Source: Rhodobacter sp. | Lineage (GTDB): Bacteria > Pseudomonadota > Alphaproteobacteria > Rhodobacterales > Rhodobacteraceae | Length of the DNA stretch: 64,000 nt | Assembly (NCBI GenBank): GCA_016704435.1 | Contig: JADJAB010000018.1 | Coordinates: forward strand, 3,436-67,435 | Reading direction: 5' to 3' | In this document: in pieces, positions 18,876 through 29,892 of the stretch | Position numbering within the stretch: the stretch's first letter is position 1 | How the letters are laid out: each line of letters opens with the position of its first letter | Notes under the pieces: generated by a model | The model's database searches: none | What the model saw: the letters and a program-made list of their open reading frames with translations, nothing else | Told to the model about the DNA's origin: nothing | Program-made: the position numbers and the translations under genes

Positions 18876-21031
18876 GCCGTCGCTACCGGTTCGGTCGCAT
18901 CGGCATCTTCACCCAGGGACGGCGTGTTATGGGCCAGTCCCATGGCTTCCTGAACCAGTTCGATCAGTTCCATCACCTTGAACCTGCCTTCGTTTCCGGT
19001 GCCCTTGACGCCGTCTTCCATCATGTTCAGGCATTTCGGGCAGTTGACGACCAGCACGTCCAGCCCGGCGATCTCGGCCGCCTCGGCGGCGCGCAATTCA
19101 GCCGGCTTCTTCATTTCCGGGGGATCGGCCAGCCAGATCCGGCCACCACCCGCACCGCAGCAGAACGAGTTGTCGCGGCTGCGGCGCAGTTCCACCAGAT
19201 TGACGCCCAGCCGTTCCAGCACCTGACGCGGCGGCTCCGTCCCGTCGTTGATCCGGCCAAGGTGGCAAGGGTCATGATAGGTCACACGATACTTCAGGCT
19301 GACCGGCGTTGGCACGGTGCCCTCGCGGATCAGCCGCTCCAGCATCGCGCTTGCATGCTCGATCTGGTAGGTGCCGCCGAACTCGGGATATTCGTTCTTG
19401 ATGGTGTTGTAGGTGTGCGGATCGGTGGTGACGATCGACTTGAAGTCGCAGCTGTTCATCAACTCGATATTGGCCTCGGCCAGCGACTGGAACAGACCTT
19501 CTTCGCCAACGCGGCGGACGTCGTTGCCGGCGGTCTGCTCGTCCTCATAGAGGATGCCGAAGTCGATCCCGGCCGCATGCAGGATGCGGGCAAAGGCGAT
19601 CGTCACCTTTTGCGAGCGCGGATCGAATGAGGCGTAGTCACCGACATACCACAGCACGTCCACCGGCTCGGTCCGCGCGTCCTTGACCTCGAAGTCCAGA
19701 TCCTTGGTCCAGCGCGGCCGCTTGCGCTTGGACTCGCCCAGCGAGTTGCCGGATTTCTGCAGGCTCTTCAGCGTCGATTGCAACATCGGGTCGAACTCGC
19801 CCGCTTCCAGCAGCGCCCGGCGCATCTGCACGATCATCGGCAAGTGTTCGATCCCCACCGGGCAGATCTCGACGCAGGCGGCACAGGTCCGGCAGGACCA
19901 GACCGTTTCCGGACGGATCATGTTGACGCCGTCGCCAGAAATGGTGATCGGTCCTTCGGGCATGCTGGCGTGCGACAGCGTGTCGTTGGCCAACTCACGC
20001 AGGCTCAGCACCAGATCGCGCGGCGACAGCGGGTAGCCGGCGGCATTGGCCGGGCAGGCCTCATGGCAGCGCCCGCATTTGGTGCAGGCATCGACGTTGA
20101 CCATGTATTTGTCGGTGAAATCGGTAAGCAGGGAAAAGCCGATCCGCTCGCCCTCGACATCGGCCGTCGGCATGCGCCGCTTGGCCTCGGGGTCGCGCGC
20201 CATCAACGAGCCCATCGCGGTGAAGATGTGCTTCACCTTGGTGTAGGGAACCAGCGAGATGAACAGCAGCGCCAGCATCCCGTGGAACCACCACAGGCTC
20301 ATGCGCAGTTCCGCCGCCCCGTCAGGACCAAGGCCCAGCGCCTTCATCAGATAGGCGGTCGCGGTGCCCACCGGCGCGAACCAGCGGTAATCCCAGACCG
20401 ACGGGTCGCCCTGAAGCCAGACCACGCGCGACGCTTCCAGCAGATAGCCGGTGAACGCAATCGTGATCAGCGTCCAGAGAAAGGCCCAATCCTCGCGCCG
20501 ATAGCCCGAGCGGTCATAGTCCGGGTCGCCGGGCGAGCGGTCGGGGCGGGTATAGTCAAGCCGGGGCAATGCCAGCCATTTGCGCCGATACATCATGTAG
20601 AGCAGCCCGCCGATCAGCGCGACGCCCGCCAGATCCATCACCGTCCCGAAGGCCAAATAGAACCAGCCATACCAGAAGTGGATGCCAAACGGGCCCAGGA
20701 TGTCCTGGTCCAGCGTGATGGTGCTGGTACCGATGAAGAGCAGCGCAAAGCCGAAGAACAGCCAGCTGTGGCTGATGCCCGCCGCCCGCGCGCGCCGTTT
20801 GATGGTGCGATGGGACAGCACCGTCGTCACCATCTGACTGAGCCGCGGCCAGAATGGCGACCAGGCACCCGAGCGCACACCGCGACGGTATTTGCGGATA
20901 TGCGTCCAGACCCCGTAGAGGAAAACACCGATCGCCAGAAATCCGACTATGTAGAAGCTGACGATCATCCAGGTCGGGAAATCCTGAAACAGGATACGTG
21001 TCACGTCCTTTGGGTTGTGTTCGGGAAACAT
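18872..21031 (-). CDS. membrane-bound Fe-S oxidoreductase, FadF/YwjF/EMO type (NarI-like TM domain, two 4Fe-4S, two CCG domains)
   Basis: N-terminal TM helices, CTKCGRCHEACP and CRTCAACVEICP, YHDPCHLGR, CCGAGGG and NCPKC. Confidence 0.88.
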   Translation of the reverse strand: MFPEHNPKDVTRILFQDFPTWMIVSFYIVGFLAIGVFLYGVWTHIRKYRRGVRSGAWSPFWPRLSQMVTTVLSHRTIKRRARAAGISHSWLFFGFALLFIGTSTITLDQDILGPFGIHFWYGWFYLAFGTVMDLAGVALIGGLLYMMYRRKWLALPRLDYTRPDRSPGDPDYDRSGYRREDWAFLWTLITIAFTGYLLEASRVVWLQGDPSVWDYRWFAPVGTATAYLMKALGLGPDGAAELRMSLWWFHGMLALLFISLVPYTKVKHIFTAMGSLMARDPEAKRRMPTADVEGERIGFSLLTDFTDKYMVNVDACTKCGRCHEACPANAAGYPLSPRDLVLSLRELANDTLSHASMPEGPITISGDGVNMIRPETVWSCRTCAACVEICPVGIEHLPMIVQMRRALLEAGEFDPMLQSTLKSLQKSGNSLGESKRKRPRWTKDLDFEVKDARTEPVDVLWYVGDYASFDPRSQKVTIAFARILHAAGIDFGILYEDEQTAGNDVRRVGEEGLFQSLAEANIELMNSCDFKSIVTTDPHTYNTIKNEYPEFGGTYQIEHASAMLERLIREGTVPTPVSLKYRVTYHDPCHLGRINDGTEPPRQVLERLGVNLVELRRSRDNSFCCGAGGGRIWLADPPEMKKPAELRAAEAAEIAGLDVLVVNCPKCLNMMEDGVKGTGNEGRFKVMELIELVQEAMGLAHNTPSLGEDADATEPVATA

Positions 21032-21130
21032 CCGGAGCGTTCCTTTGCGTTTATATCGGCGCCGTACTGGCACCGGATGTCAGGGAAATGGCGGCCAGGC
21101 ACTCTCTCGCATGGCCGCCAGAGTGTCAGA

Positions 21131-23344
<2,214 letters not shown>

Positions 23345-23372
23345 TTATCGCCGAGTCTGGCGGCGTGTCGTG

Positions 23373-23945
23373 TCAGCTATTCGTTGCGGTCGGATCCTGC
23401 GTGGCGAGCAGAAGCGCCGCGCCAAGAAACTTGCGCATGTCGTCGAAGACGGCCGGCTTCTCGCCGCGCCAGCGGTCGTGCAGCCGGAAGGGCGCGGAGG
23501 CGCCGTTGGCCGCAGCATCAAGGCAGGCGGCCGCTTCGCGCGCAAAATTCAACGTCCGGCGGCGCATGTTGGCCTGATAGGTGTCCCAATGCTTGGCCTC
23601 CATCCGCAGATGGAACAGCGAACTGCGGGCACGCCGGGCAATGGTCATGCCCTCGACCCAGTCCGGCACTGCGCCCCACAAACGAAGGGCATGGGCATAG
23701 CGCCGCCGCGCCAGGGCCTCGTTCCCGGTCAGCCGTGCCGCCATCCCGGCATTGGCAAGGCTGGTCGCATAGCGCGGATCGCTGCGCGAAAGCCGCAACA
23801 TCGCCAACCACCAGGCGCGCCGCCACAGGCGCGCGGCGCGGTGGCTGTCGCCGTTGCGCAGCGCGGCATGCGCCTGCTCCTGCAGCCGTTCCCAGCCCAG
23901 GTCACAGCCACGCCACCCCGCAGCACGCGCTGCGGCAAGCCCCAT
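23373..23945 (-). CDS. conserved hypothetical TPR-like protein (start uncertain: 23945, 23981 or 23993)
   Basis: Helical segments RAARLWRRAW, DPRYATSLANAG and ARRRYAHALRLW. It sits between the ABC ATPase and tmd on the same strand. Confidence 0.65.
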   Translation of the reverse strand: MGLAAARAAGWRGCDLGWERLQEQAHAALRNGDSHRAARLWRRAWWLAMLRLSRSDPRYATSLANAGMAARLTGNEALARRRYAHALRLWGAVPDWVEGMTIARRARSSLFHLRMEAKHWDTYQANMRRRTLNFAREAAACLDAAANGASAPFRLHDRWRGEKPAVFDDMRKFLGAALLLATQDPTATNS

Positions 23946-23952
23946 ATCGGGC

Positions 23953-24658
23953 TCAGGCGCCAAGATAAGCACGTCGGACATGGTCGTTCTCATGAAGATC
24001 CCTCGCTTTCCCCTCAAGCACGAGGTCACCGGTTTCGAGCACATAGGCGTGGTCCGCCAGTTCCAGCGCCAGCTCGGCGTTCTGTTCCACCAGGATCACC
24101 GCAACGCCCTGCTTGCTGATTTCCTCGATGATCACCGCGATCTCTTCGACGATGACCGGGGCGAGGCCCATCGACGGCTCGTCAAGCAGCAGCAGTCTGG
24201 GCTTGGCCATCAGCGCGCGGCCGATCGCCAGCATCTGCTGCTCGCCGCCGGACATGGTCTTGGCAAACTGGGTGCGCCGTTCGCGCAGGCGGGGGAAGCG
24301 CTGAAACACTGCCTCCAGATCGGCGGCAACCTGCACCTTGTCGCGCCGCAGGAAGGCACCGGTGCGCAGATTTTCCTCAACGGTAAGGTCGGGGAATACC
24401 CGCCGCCCTTCGGGCATGGGCGATGCCGCGGGCGACAATTTTCTCGGGCGGCAGCCGGTCGATCCGCTGACCATCAAACCAGATCTCGCCGCCTGACAGT
24501 TTCGCAAGACCCGAGATCGCGCGCAGCGTCGTGGTCTTGCCGGCGCCATTGCCGCCGATGATCGTGACGATCCCGCTTGCCGGGGCCTGCAGCGTGATAT
24601 TCCGGATCGCCGAAACCTTCTGGTAGTTTACCGATGCGTCCTTGACCTCAAGCAACAT
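23953..24658 (-). CDS. HAAT-family ABC ATPase (LivF-like), frameshift near 24415
   Basis: GGNGAGKTT, MSGGEQQMLAIGRALM and LLLLDEPS motifs, split over two frames. Confidence 0.9.
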
Positions 24659-25442
24659 GGCGCGCACCTCCAAGATAGGCCTCGATCACCTTGGGATCGT
24701 TGCGGATATCCTTTGGCGCGCCTTCGACCAGAAGCTGGCCGAAGTTCATCACCGTGATCCGGTCGCACAGGCCCATGATCGCCTGCATGTCATGTTCGAC
24801 CAGAAGGATGGTGACACCACGGTCACGGACCTTGAACATCAGGTCCATCATCTGCCTGGTCTCTTCGGGGTTCATGCCGGTGAAGGGTTCGTCCAGCAGC
24901 AGCATGTCGGGTTCGGCCGCCAGTGCCACGGCCATGCCAAGCGCCCGTTGGTGCCCATGCGAAAGCTCGGCCGCCAGTTCGTGCGCGCGCAGTTGCAGGC
25001 CAAAGAAGGCCAGCGTTTCGCGTGCCTTCGCCTCGTTCTCACGGGCGGCCTTCGCCCCGGTGCCCAGGATCGCGCCCAGCAGCGTGGGGCGTTGGTGCAT
25101 GTAGCGACCGACCATGACGTTTTGCAGCAGTGAGAACTCCTGAAACAGGGTCGAGTGCTGGAAGGTCCGCACCAGCCCCCGCGCCGCCACCTGGGGCATG
25201 GTCAGCCCCGAGATGTCCTGCCCCTTGTAGAGCACCCGCCCCTCGGTCGGCGTGTAGTAGCCGCTGACAACGTTGAACGTTGTGGTCTTGCCGGCACCAT
25301 TGGGGCCGATCAGCCCGTGGATGGTGCCGGGCTGGACCGAGAAGCTGAGGTTGTTGATCGCCGTCAGCCCGCCGAAGCGCATCGTCAGGCCGTTGACCTC
25401 CAGCAGCGGTCGCGCGCCGGCATTTGTCCGGTCATCCTTCAT
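24648..25442 (-). CDS. HAAT-family ABC ATPase (LivG-like)
   Basis: FGGLTAI, GPNGAGKTT, LLLDEP and VEHDM motifs. Confidence 0.93.
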   Translation of the reverse strand: MKDDRTNAGARPLLEVNGLTMRFGGLTAINNLSFSVQPGTIHGLIGPNGAGKTTTFNVVSGYYTPTEGRVLYKGQDISGLTMPQVAARGLVRTFQHSTLFQEFSLLQNVMVGRYMHQRPTLLGAILGTGAKAARENEAKARETLAFFGLQLRAHELAAELSHGHQRALGMAVALAAEPDMLLLDEPFTGMNPEETRQMMDLMFKVRDRGVTILLVEHDMQAIMGLCDRITVMNFGQLLVEGAPKDIRNDPKVIEAYLGGARHVA

Positions 25443-26434
25443 TTGTTGCCCCCTTGGTCTTGGACACCACAGGAACGGCGGGCTTGCGCCCGAAGATCGC
25501 GCCGGATCTCGGCACCAGGCTTTCAAGGCCCTTTGGCAGGAACAGGACCGATGCAATCAGGATCAGGCCGTAGATCAGCGGCCGGACCTGATCCATCCCC
25601 AGTTCGCGCAAGACAACGTCGTTGAGGATCGTCAACACGATCACGCCCAGGATCGGGCCGTAGAACGTGACCGTACCCCCGACGATCGCCCAGGTCAGAA
25701 CAAAGACCATCTCTTCGACATTGAAGCGGTTGGGATTGACGGTTCCGATGTAATGCGCCAGCAGCCCGCCCGACAAACCGGCAAAGCAAGAGGCGATGAC
25801 AAAGGCCAGCGTGCGGTAATGGCGCGCCTTGACCCCCCACCGACTCAGCCAGCTTGTCCTGCCAATGGACGGCGTGGAAGATCAGCCCCACCGGCGAGCG
25901 TTCAACCCGCCATATGATCCAAAGCGAGACCGCGACCACAATCAGCGCCAGGAAGTAATAGTTGACCGGTTCGAAGAAATCGATCTTCAGCCCGCCGATC
26001 TCGATGGTGTCAAAGCCCGGTATCAGCTTGATCCCCTTCGGGCCACCGAACGGGTCGCGGAACTTGATCCAGATCAGGCGCATGATTTCGCCTGCTGCAA
26101 AGGAGCCGATCAGGAAATAGAACCCCTTCATCCGAAACAGCGGAAAGCTGAGAATAAGGGCGAAAACCCCGGCCACTGCGGCCCCTGACAGCATTGCCAG
26201 CGGCACGGGGAAGCCCGCACTCTTGGTCAGAAGCGCGCTGGCGTAGGCGCCGACGCCCATGATGACGACATGCGCCAGCGACCACTCGCCGGTCAGCGTC
26301 AGCAGCCGGTAGCTGGACACCACCAGGACGTTGATGGTCAGAAAGACCAGCACCTCTTGCTGCGAATAGCTCAGAACAAAGGGCAGCACGACCAGCGCGG
26401 CTGCAAGCAGGATCCATGCGATTATCTTCAGCAT
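25432..26434 (-). CDS. HAAT-family ABC permease (LivM-like), frameshift near 25835
   Basis: Hydrophobic protein with GEWSLAH, GGPKGI and AIVGGTVTFYGPILG. The indel lies in a C6 run. Confidence 0.88.
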
Positions 26435-26448
26435 CCGCCTGCCCCCCC

Positions 26449-27318
26449 CTACGCCCGCTCACGGGTGCCGAAAAGCCCGGTGGGCTTCACGATCAGCACC
26501 AGCAGCATCAGCGTCAGCCCGACGATGTCAGCCATCACGCCGTCGACGAACGTCGTGACGAACGTGTGGACAAAGGCGTAGACGACCGCCGCCACCACGG
26601 CCCCCTCAAGGCTGCCGACACCACCGACGATGATGATGATGAAGGCGGTGACGATGACCGAATGGCCCATGTAGGGATAGGTTCGCACCAGTGGCGCGGT
26701 CAGCGCGCCGGCCACACCCGCCAGCGCCGCGCCGATGAACATCGCGATCCGCGCCGTCTGGTTGATCGAGATGCCCTGCAGCGCCGCCGCTTCAGGATCC
26801 TGGGCGCTGGCCCGCAAGGCCCAGCCGAACCGGGTCTTCTTCAGGAACAGCCAGAGGGCGAAAAGCAGCCCGATCGTCGCCACGATCACATAGAGCCGCT
26901 GGAGCGGCAGGCTGACGCGGTCGGAGAACTGGATGATCTCCTGCGTCGAGGGCGGGATGTTCTCCATCCGCACACCGAAGATCAGCGCCGCCGATGCCTG
27001 AAGCACCAGAAGAAAACCGATCGACGCGACGAGACCGCCAAGCGGGTTGTCTCGGAGCGGCCGGAAGAGCGCCCACTCCATCAGGATGCCGACGAGGCCG
27101 ACGAACACCAGACCGGCGGCAACGGCGACCAGGAAGGGCATGTTCCAGTCACCGTAAACGGCTACCACCGCATAGGCGCCCAGCATGTAAAGCTCGCCAT
27201 GGGCGAAGTTGATCACCCCCATGACGCCGAAGATCAGGACCAGACCGACCGCGACCAGCGCCATGTAGCTGGCCGCATAGGTAGCGTTCAGAATCGTCTG
27301 GGCAAAAAGATCCACCAT
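26449..27318 (-). CDS. HAAT-family ABC permease (LivH-like)
   Basis: GLVLIFGVMGVINFAHGE, ALRASAQDPEAA and IIVGGVGS motifs. Confidence 0.93.
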   Translation of the reverse strand: MVDLFAQTILNATYAASYMALVAVGLVLIFGVMGVINFAHGELYMLGAYAVVAVYGDWNMPFLVAVAAGLVFVGLVGILMEWALFRPLRDNPLGGLVASIGFLLVLQASAALIFGVRMENIPPSTQEIIQFSDRVSLPLQRLYVIVATIGLLFALWLFLKKTRFGWALRASAQDPEAAALQGISINQTARIAMFIGAALAGVAGALTAPLVRTYPYMGHSVIVTAFIIIIVGGVGSLEGAVVAAVVYAFVHTFVTTFVDGVMADIVGLTLMLLVLIVKPTGLFGTRERA

Positions 27319-27405
27319 CAGGCGCCCCCCCCCCGTTTGGCGGAAAAGCGGCCGCTCCGGTGGCGGCACCGGACCGAAGCGGCTGTTGACCTGCGAGCCT
27401 GGGGA

Positions 27406-28710
27406 TCAGGCACGCTGGTAGTACATCGGGCCGAGGGCATCCATGTGCTTGATCAGAAGGTCGCCATGCTTGTCGTACCACTCGGGGATGCTCTTGAAAT
27501 CCTTGATGACCGCCTTGCCGTCTTCGATCACCACCACCGGCCAGTTGCCGACCAGAGCGTTGTCGATCCCGAACAACTCCTTGCCCCACCAGTCGGCTTC
27601 ACCGAAGGCATGCAGACCCTTGCCGCCCTCCTTCATCGCCGCCAGGACGTCGCCGGGTTCCACCGACCCCGCCTTCTCGGCCGCCGCCTTCCACAGATCC
27701 ATGACCGAGGCGTATTCCCACGACACGGCACCCCATTGGTTGGGATGGCGCTTGCTGTACTCGGCGTAGAACTCGTTCGGCTTCTGGAAGTTGATGAAAT
27801 CGGCATTGAGCCCCGGATCGTCGAAATCGGGGAACTGGAAGAGGAACCCTTCCATGAACTCCTTCGACGTCTTGGCGACGATCTGGTCGTAGAAATCGGC
27901 CGTGCAGGAGATGATCTGCCCCTTGTAACCCTGCTGGAACAGCTGTTCACAGATCGGATGGACGTAGTCTGAATAGCAGGTGTCAAGGCAGATGATCTGC
28001 GGATTGCTTGACATCAGCCGGGTAACGATCGGCGCGAAGTCGGTCGTTGCCGGATCGAAGAACAGGGTGTCGTCAAGCATCTCGATGCCGGCCGCCTCGA
28101 ACGCGGCGAGATAGGTCGCGACCGACGGCAGGCCAAGCGCATCCTCCTGCGCGCACATCACCGCGGTTTTCAGCTCGGGCTTGTTCTCGGCCAGCCACTG
28201 GATGCCGGTGACGTTGTAGATCGGGTGCACCTCGCACGGGGCCAGCAGCGTTGCCGTTTCGGGCGACAGGTCCGACGGCAGCAGCGTCGTGCACAGCATC
28301 CCCTCGCGCTCAGCCAGTTGCTGGACACCGGGCCACGGATCCCCGCCCAGCATCATGATCATCTTGACGCCGTCTTCTTTGATCAGCTTGGTCGCGCCGG
28401 CGCGCCTTGCCCGCATCGTATTCGTCGTCATAGGGGAACGGAATTCGACCATATGGGCCTCGCCGGCGATATTGACGCCGCCGGCCGCATTGACCCACTC
28501 GGCCCAGATGAGGCAGCCGTCGAGACCGGGCTTGCCCCAGGCGGCGACTTCGCCGGTCAGCGGCGCGAGAAAGCCGATCTTCACGGTCTTGTCGGCGGCG
28601 CGGGCAGCGCGCGGTACCAGCGATGTCGCCGCCGCCGTTCCCGCAAGCGCGGCCGCTCCGCGCAACACCCTGCGTCGGGTCAGACCATTCTTGAACATGT
28701 TCGCAAGCAT
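27406..28710 (-). CDS. HAAT-family substrate-binding protein with Tat signal
   Basis: GGAGG RBS, TRRRVL twin-arginine leader and KIGFLAPLTG. Two compensating indels near 28400-28445 scramble YDDEYD. Confidence 0.9.
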   Translation of the reverse strand: MLANMFKNGLTRRRVLRGAAALAGTAAATSLVPRAARAADKTVKIGFLAPLTGEVAAWGKPGLDGCLIWAEWVNAAGGVNIAGEAHMVEFRSPMTTNTMRARRAGATKLIKEDGVKMIMMLGGDPWPGVQQLAEREGMLCTTLLPSDLSPETATLLAPCEVHPIYNVTGIQWLAENKPELKTAVMCAQEDALGLPSVATYLAAFEAAGIEMLDDTLFFDPATTDFAPIVTRLMSSNPQIICLDTCYSDYVHPICEQLFQQGYKGQIISCTADFYDQIVAKTSKEFMEGFLFQFPDFDDPGLNADFINFQKPNEFYAEYSKRHPNQWGAVSWEYASVMDLWKAAAEKAGSVEPGDVLAAMKEGGKGLHAFGEADWWGKELFGIDNALVGNWPVVVIEDGKAVIKDFKSIPEWYDKHGDLLIKHMDALGPMYYQRA

Positions 28711-28750
28711 TTCATCTCCTCCCTCTTCTGCAGTCCGGTTAGTCCGGATG

Positions 28751-28786
28751 ACCAGTTTGAACCAATTCGCGACCAAATTAGACCAA
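28751..28786. promoter_or_regulatory. candidate FadR/GntR operator array (four phased half-sites)
   Basis: ACCAG/ACCAA at 28751, 28761, 28772 and 28782. A further AATTGGTCTA at 28911. Located between the divergent ABC operon and the regulator. Confidence 0.5.
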
Positions 28787-28989
28787 GATCAAACTCCACA
28801 GCCTGAACCCCGCCATTGGCAGATGGCTCAATGCCCAATGTAGCGCCAGATTTCGCCAATCTCAACACAAACGACATAAAGTTGCTAAGTTTGGCTTGAT
28901 GGCGAAATATAATTGGTCTATTTTGGGTGAAATTGATACAAGCGAAAATGAATCAAGTGTTGATTTCAGAGGCTTGGGAGATCGCACCA

Positions 28990-29892
28990 ATGACCAATCA
29001 TCCCGCACCGTTCCCGCGGACGACCCGATTTCGGACCGATTGCAGGCCACTTCCCAGCCAGTTCGGCCGCGATTCCGGCCTCACGCGGACTTCGATCGCG
29101 CGCGGCCTCGGGGGCAGACCATCGCCAGATCGGCCGATTCCCCCGCCATGGGACGCGGACGGCGAAATACCCAAGCCGGTCTCGGCCAGGACGCGGCAAC
29201 TGGCCGACCGCCTGTTCGCCGAGATCGTCAGCGGTGCACACAGTTTCGGAACCCGCCTCCCGGCTGAGCGCCTGCTGTCCGAGCAGCACGGCCTGTCGCG
29301 CAACACGGTCCGTCAGGCGCTGGGGTTGCTAGAGCAATTCGGGGTCGTCCAGCGCCGCATCGGCAGCGGCTCGGTGGTCCGCTACCGGCCCGAGCCGCAG
29401 GCCGATCCGCCCCCGGCTCTCGCGCCGAGGCTGCCCAACGCGCTGGACCTCAGTGAGCTCGGCGACATCACCAGCCCTCTGGAGCTAGGCGTCGTCCGCT
29501 CGATCATCGAGCCCGAGATTGCCCGCCTTGCCGTGCTCAACATGACCTCACGCGACATCCAGAGAATCAAGGACACACAGTCCGAGATCGACCAGGTCAC
29601 GGTCGACGGCGAAAGGTTCTCGGCGCTCGATGATTCTTTCCGGATGCAGCTTGCCGAGGGCACGCACAACCCGCTCCTCGTGGCGATCTATACGATGATC
29701 AATCGCGTCAGCAATGACGCCGGCTGGTCGGTGCAGCGGCGTCGGCGGCTGACGCCCGCACGGATCAGGGAATACAAGCTGCAGAACCTGTCACTCTGCG
29801 AGGCGATTGAAAGCCGCGACATCGATTCGGCCGTTGAATTCATGCGGTTGTTGCTGGCCGAGTTCCATCAGGACCTGATGCGCGGCGCGTGA
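28990..29892 (+). CDS. GntR/FadR-family transcriptional regulator (start uncertain)
   Basis: wHTH LPAERLLSEQHGLSRNTVRQAL plus a C-terminal FCD domain (LAEGTHNPLL). Confidence 0.88.
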   Translation: MTNHPAPFPRTTRFRTDCRPLPSQFGRDSGLTRTSIARGLGGRPSPDRPIPPPWDADGEIPKPVSARTRQLADRLFAEIVSGAHSFGTRLPAERLLSEQHGLSRNTVRQALGLLEQFGVVQRRIGSGSVVRYRPEPQADPPPALAPRLPNALDLSELGDITSPLELGVVRSIIEPEIARLAVLNMTSRDIQRIKDTQSEIDQVTVDGERFSALDDSFRMQLAEGTHNPLLVAIYTMINRVSNDAGWSVQRRRRLTPARIREYKLQNLSLCEAIESRDIDSAVEFMRLLLAEFHQDLMRGA

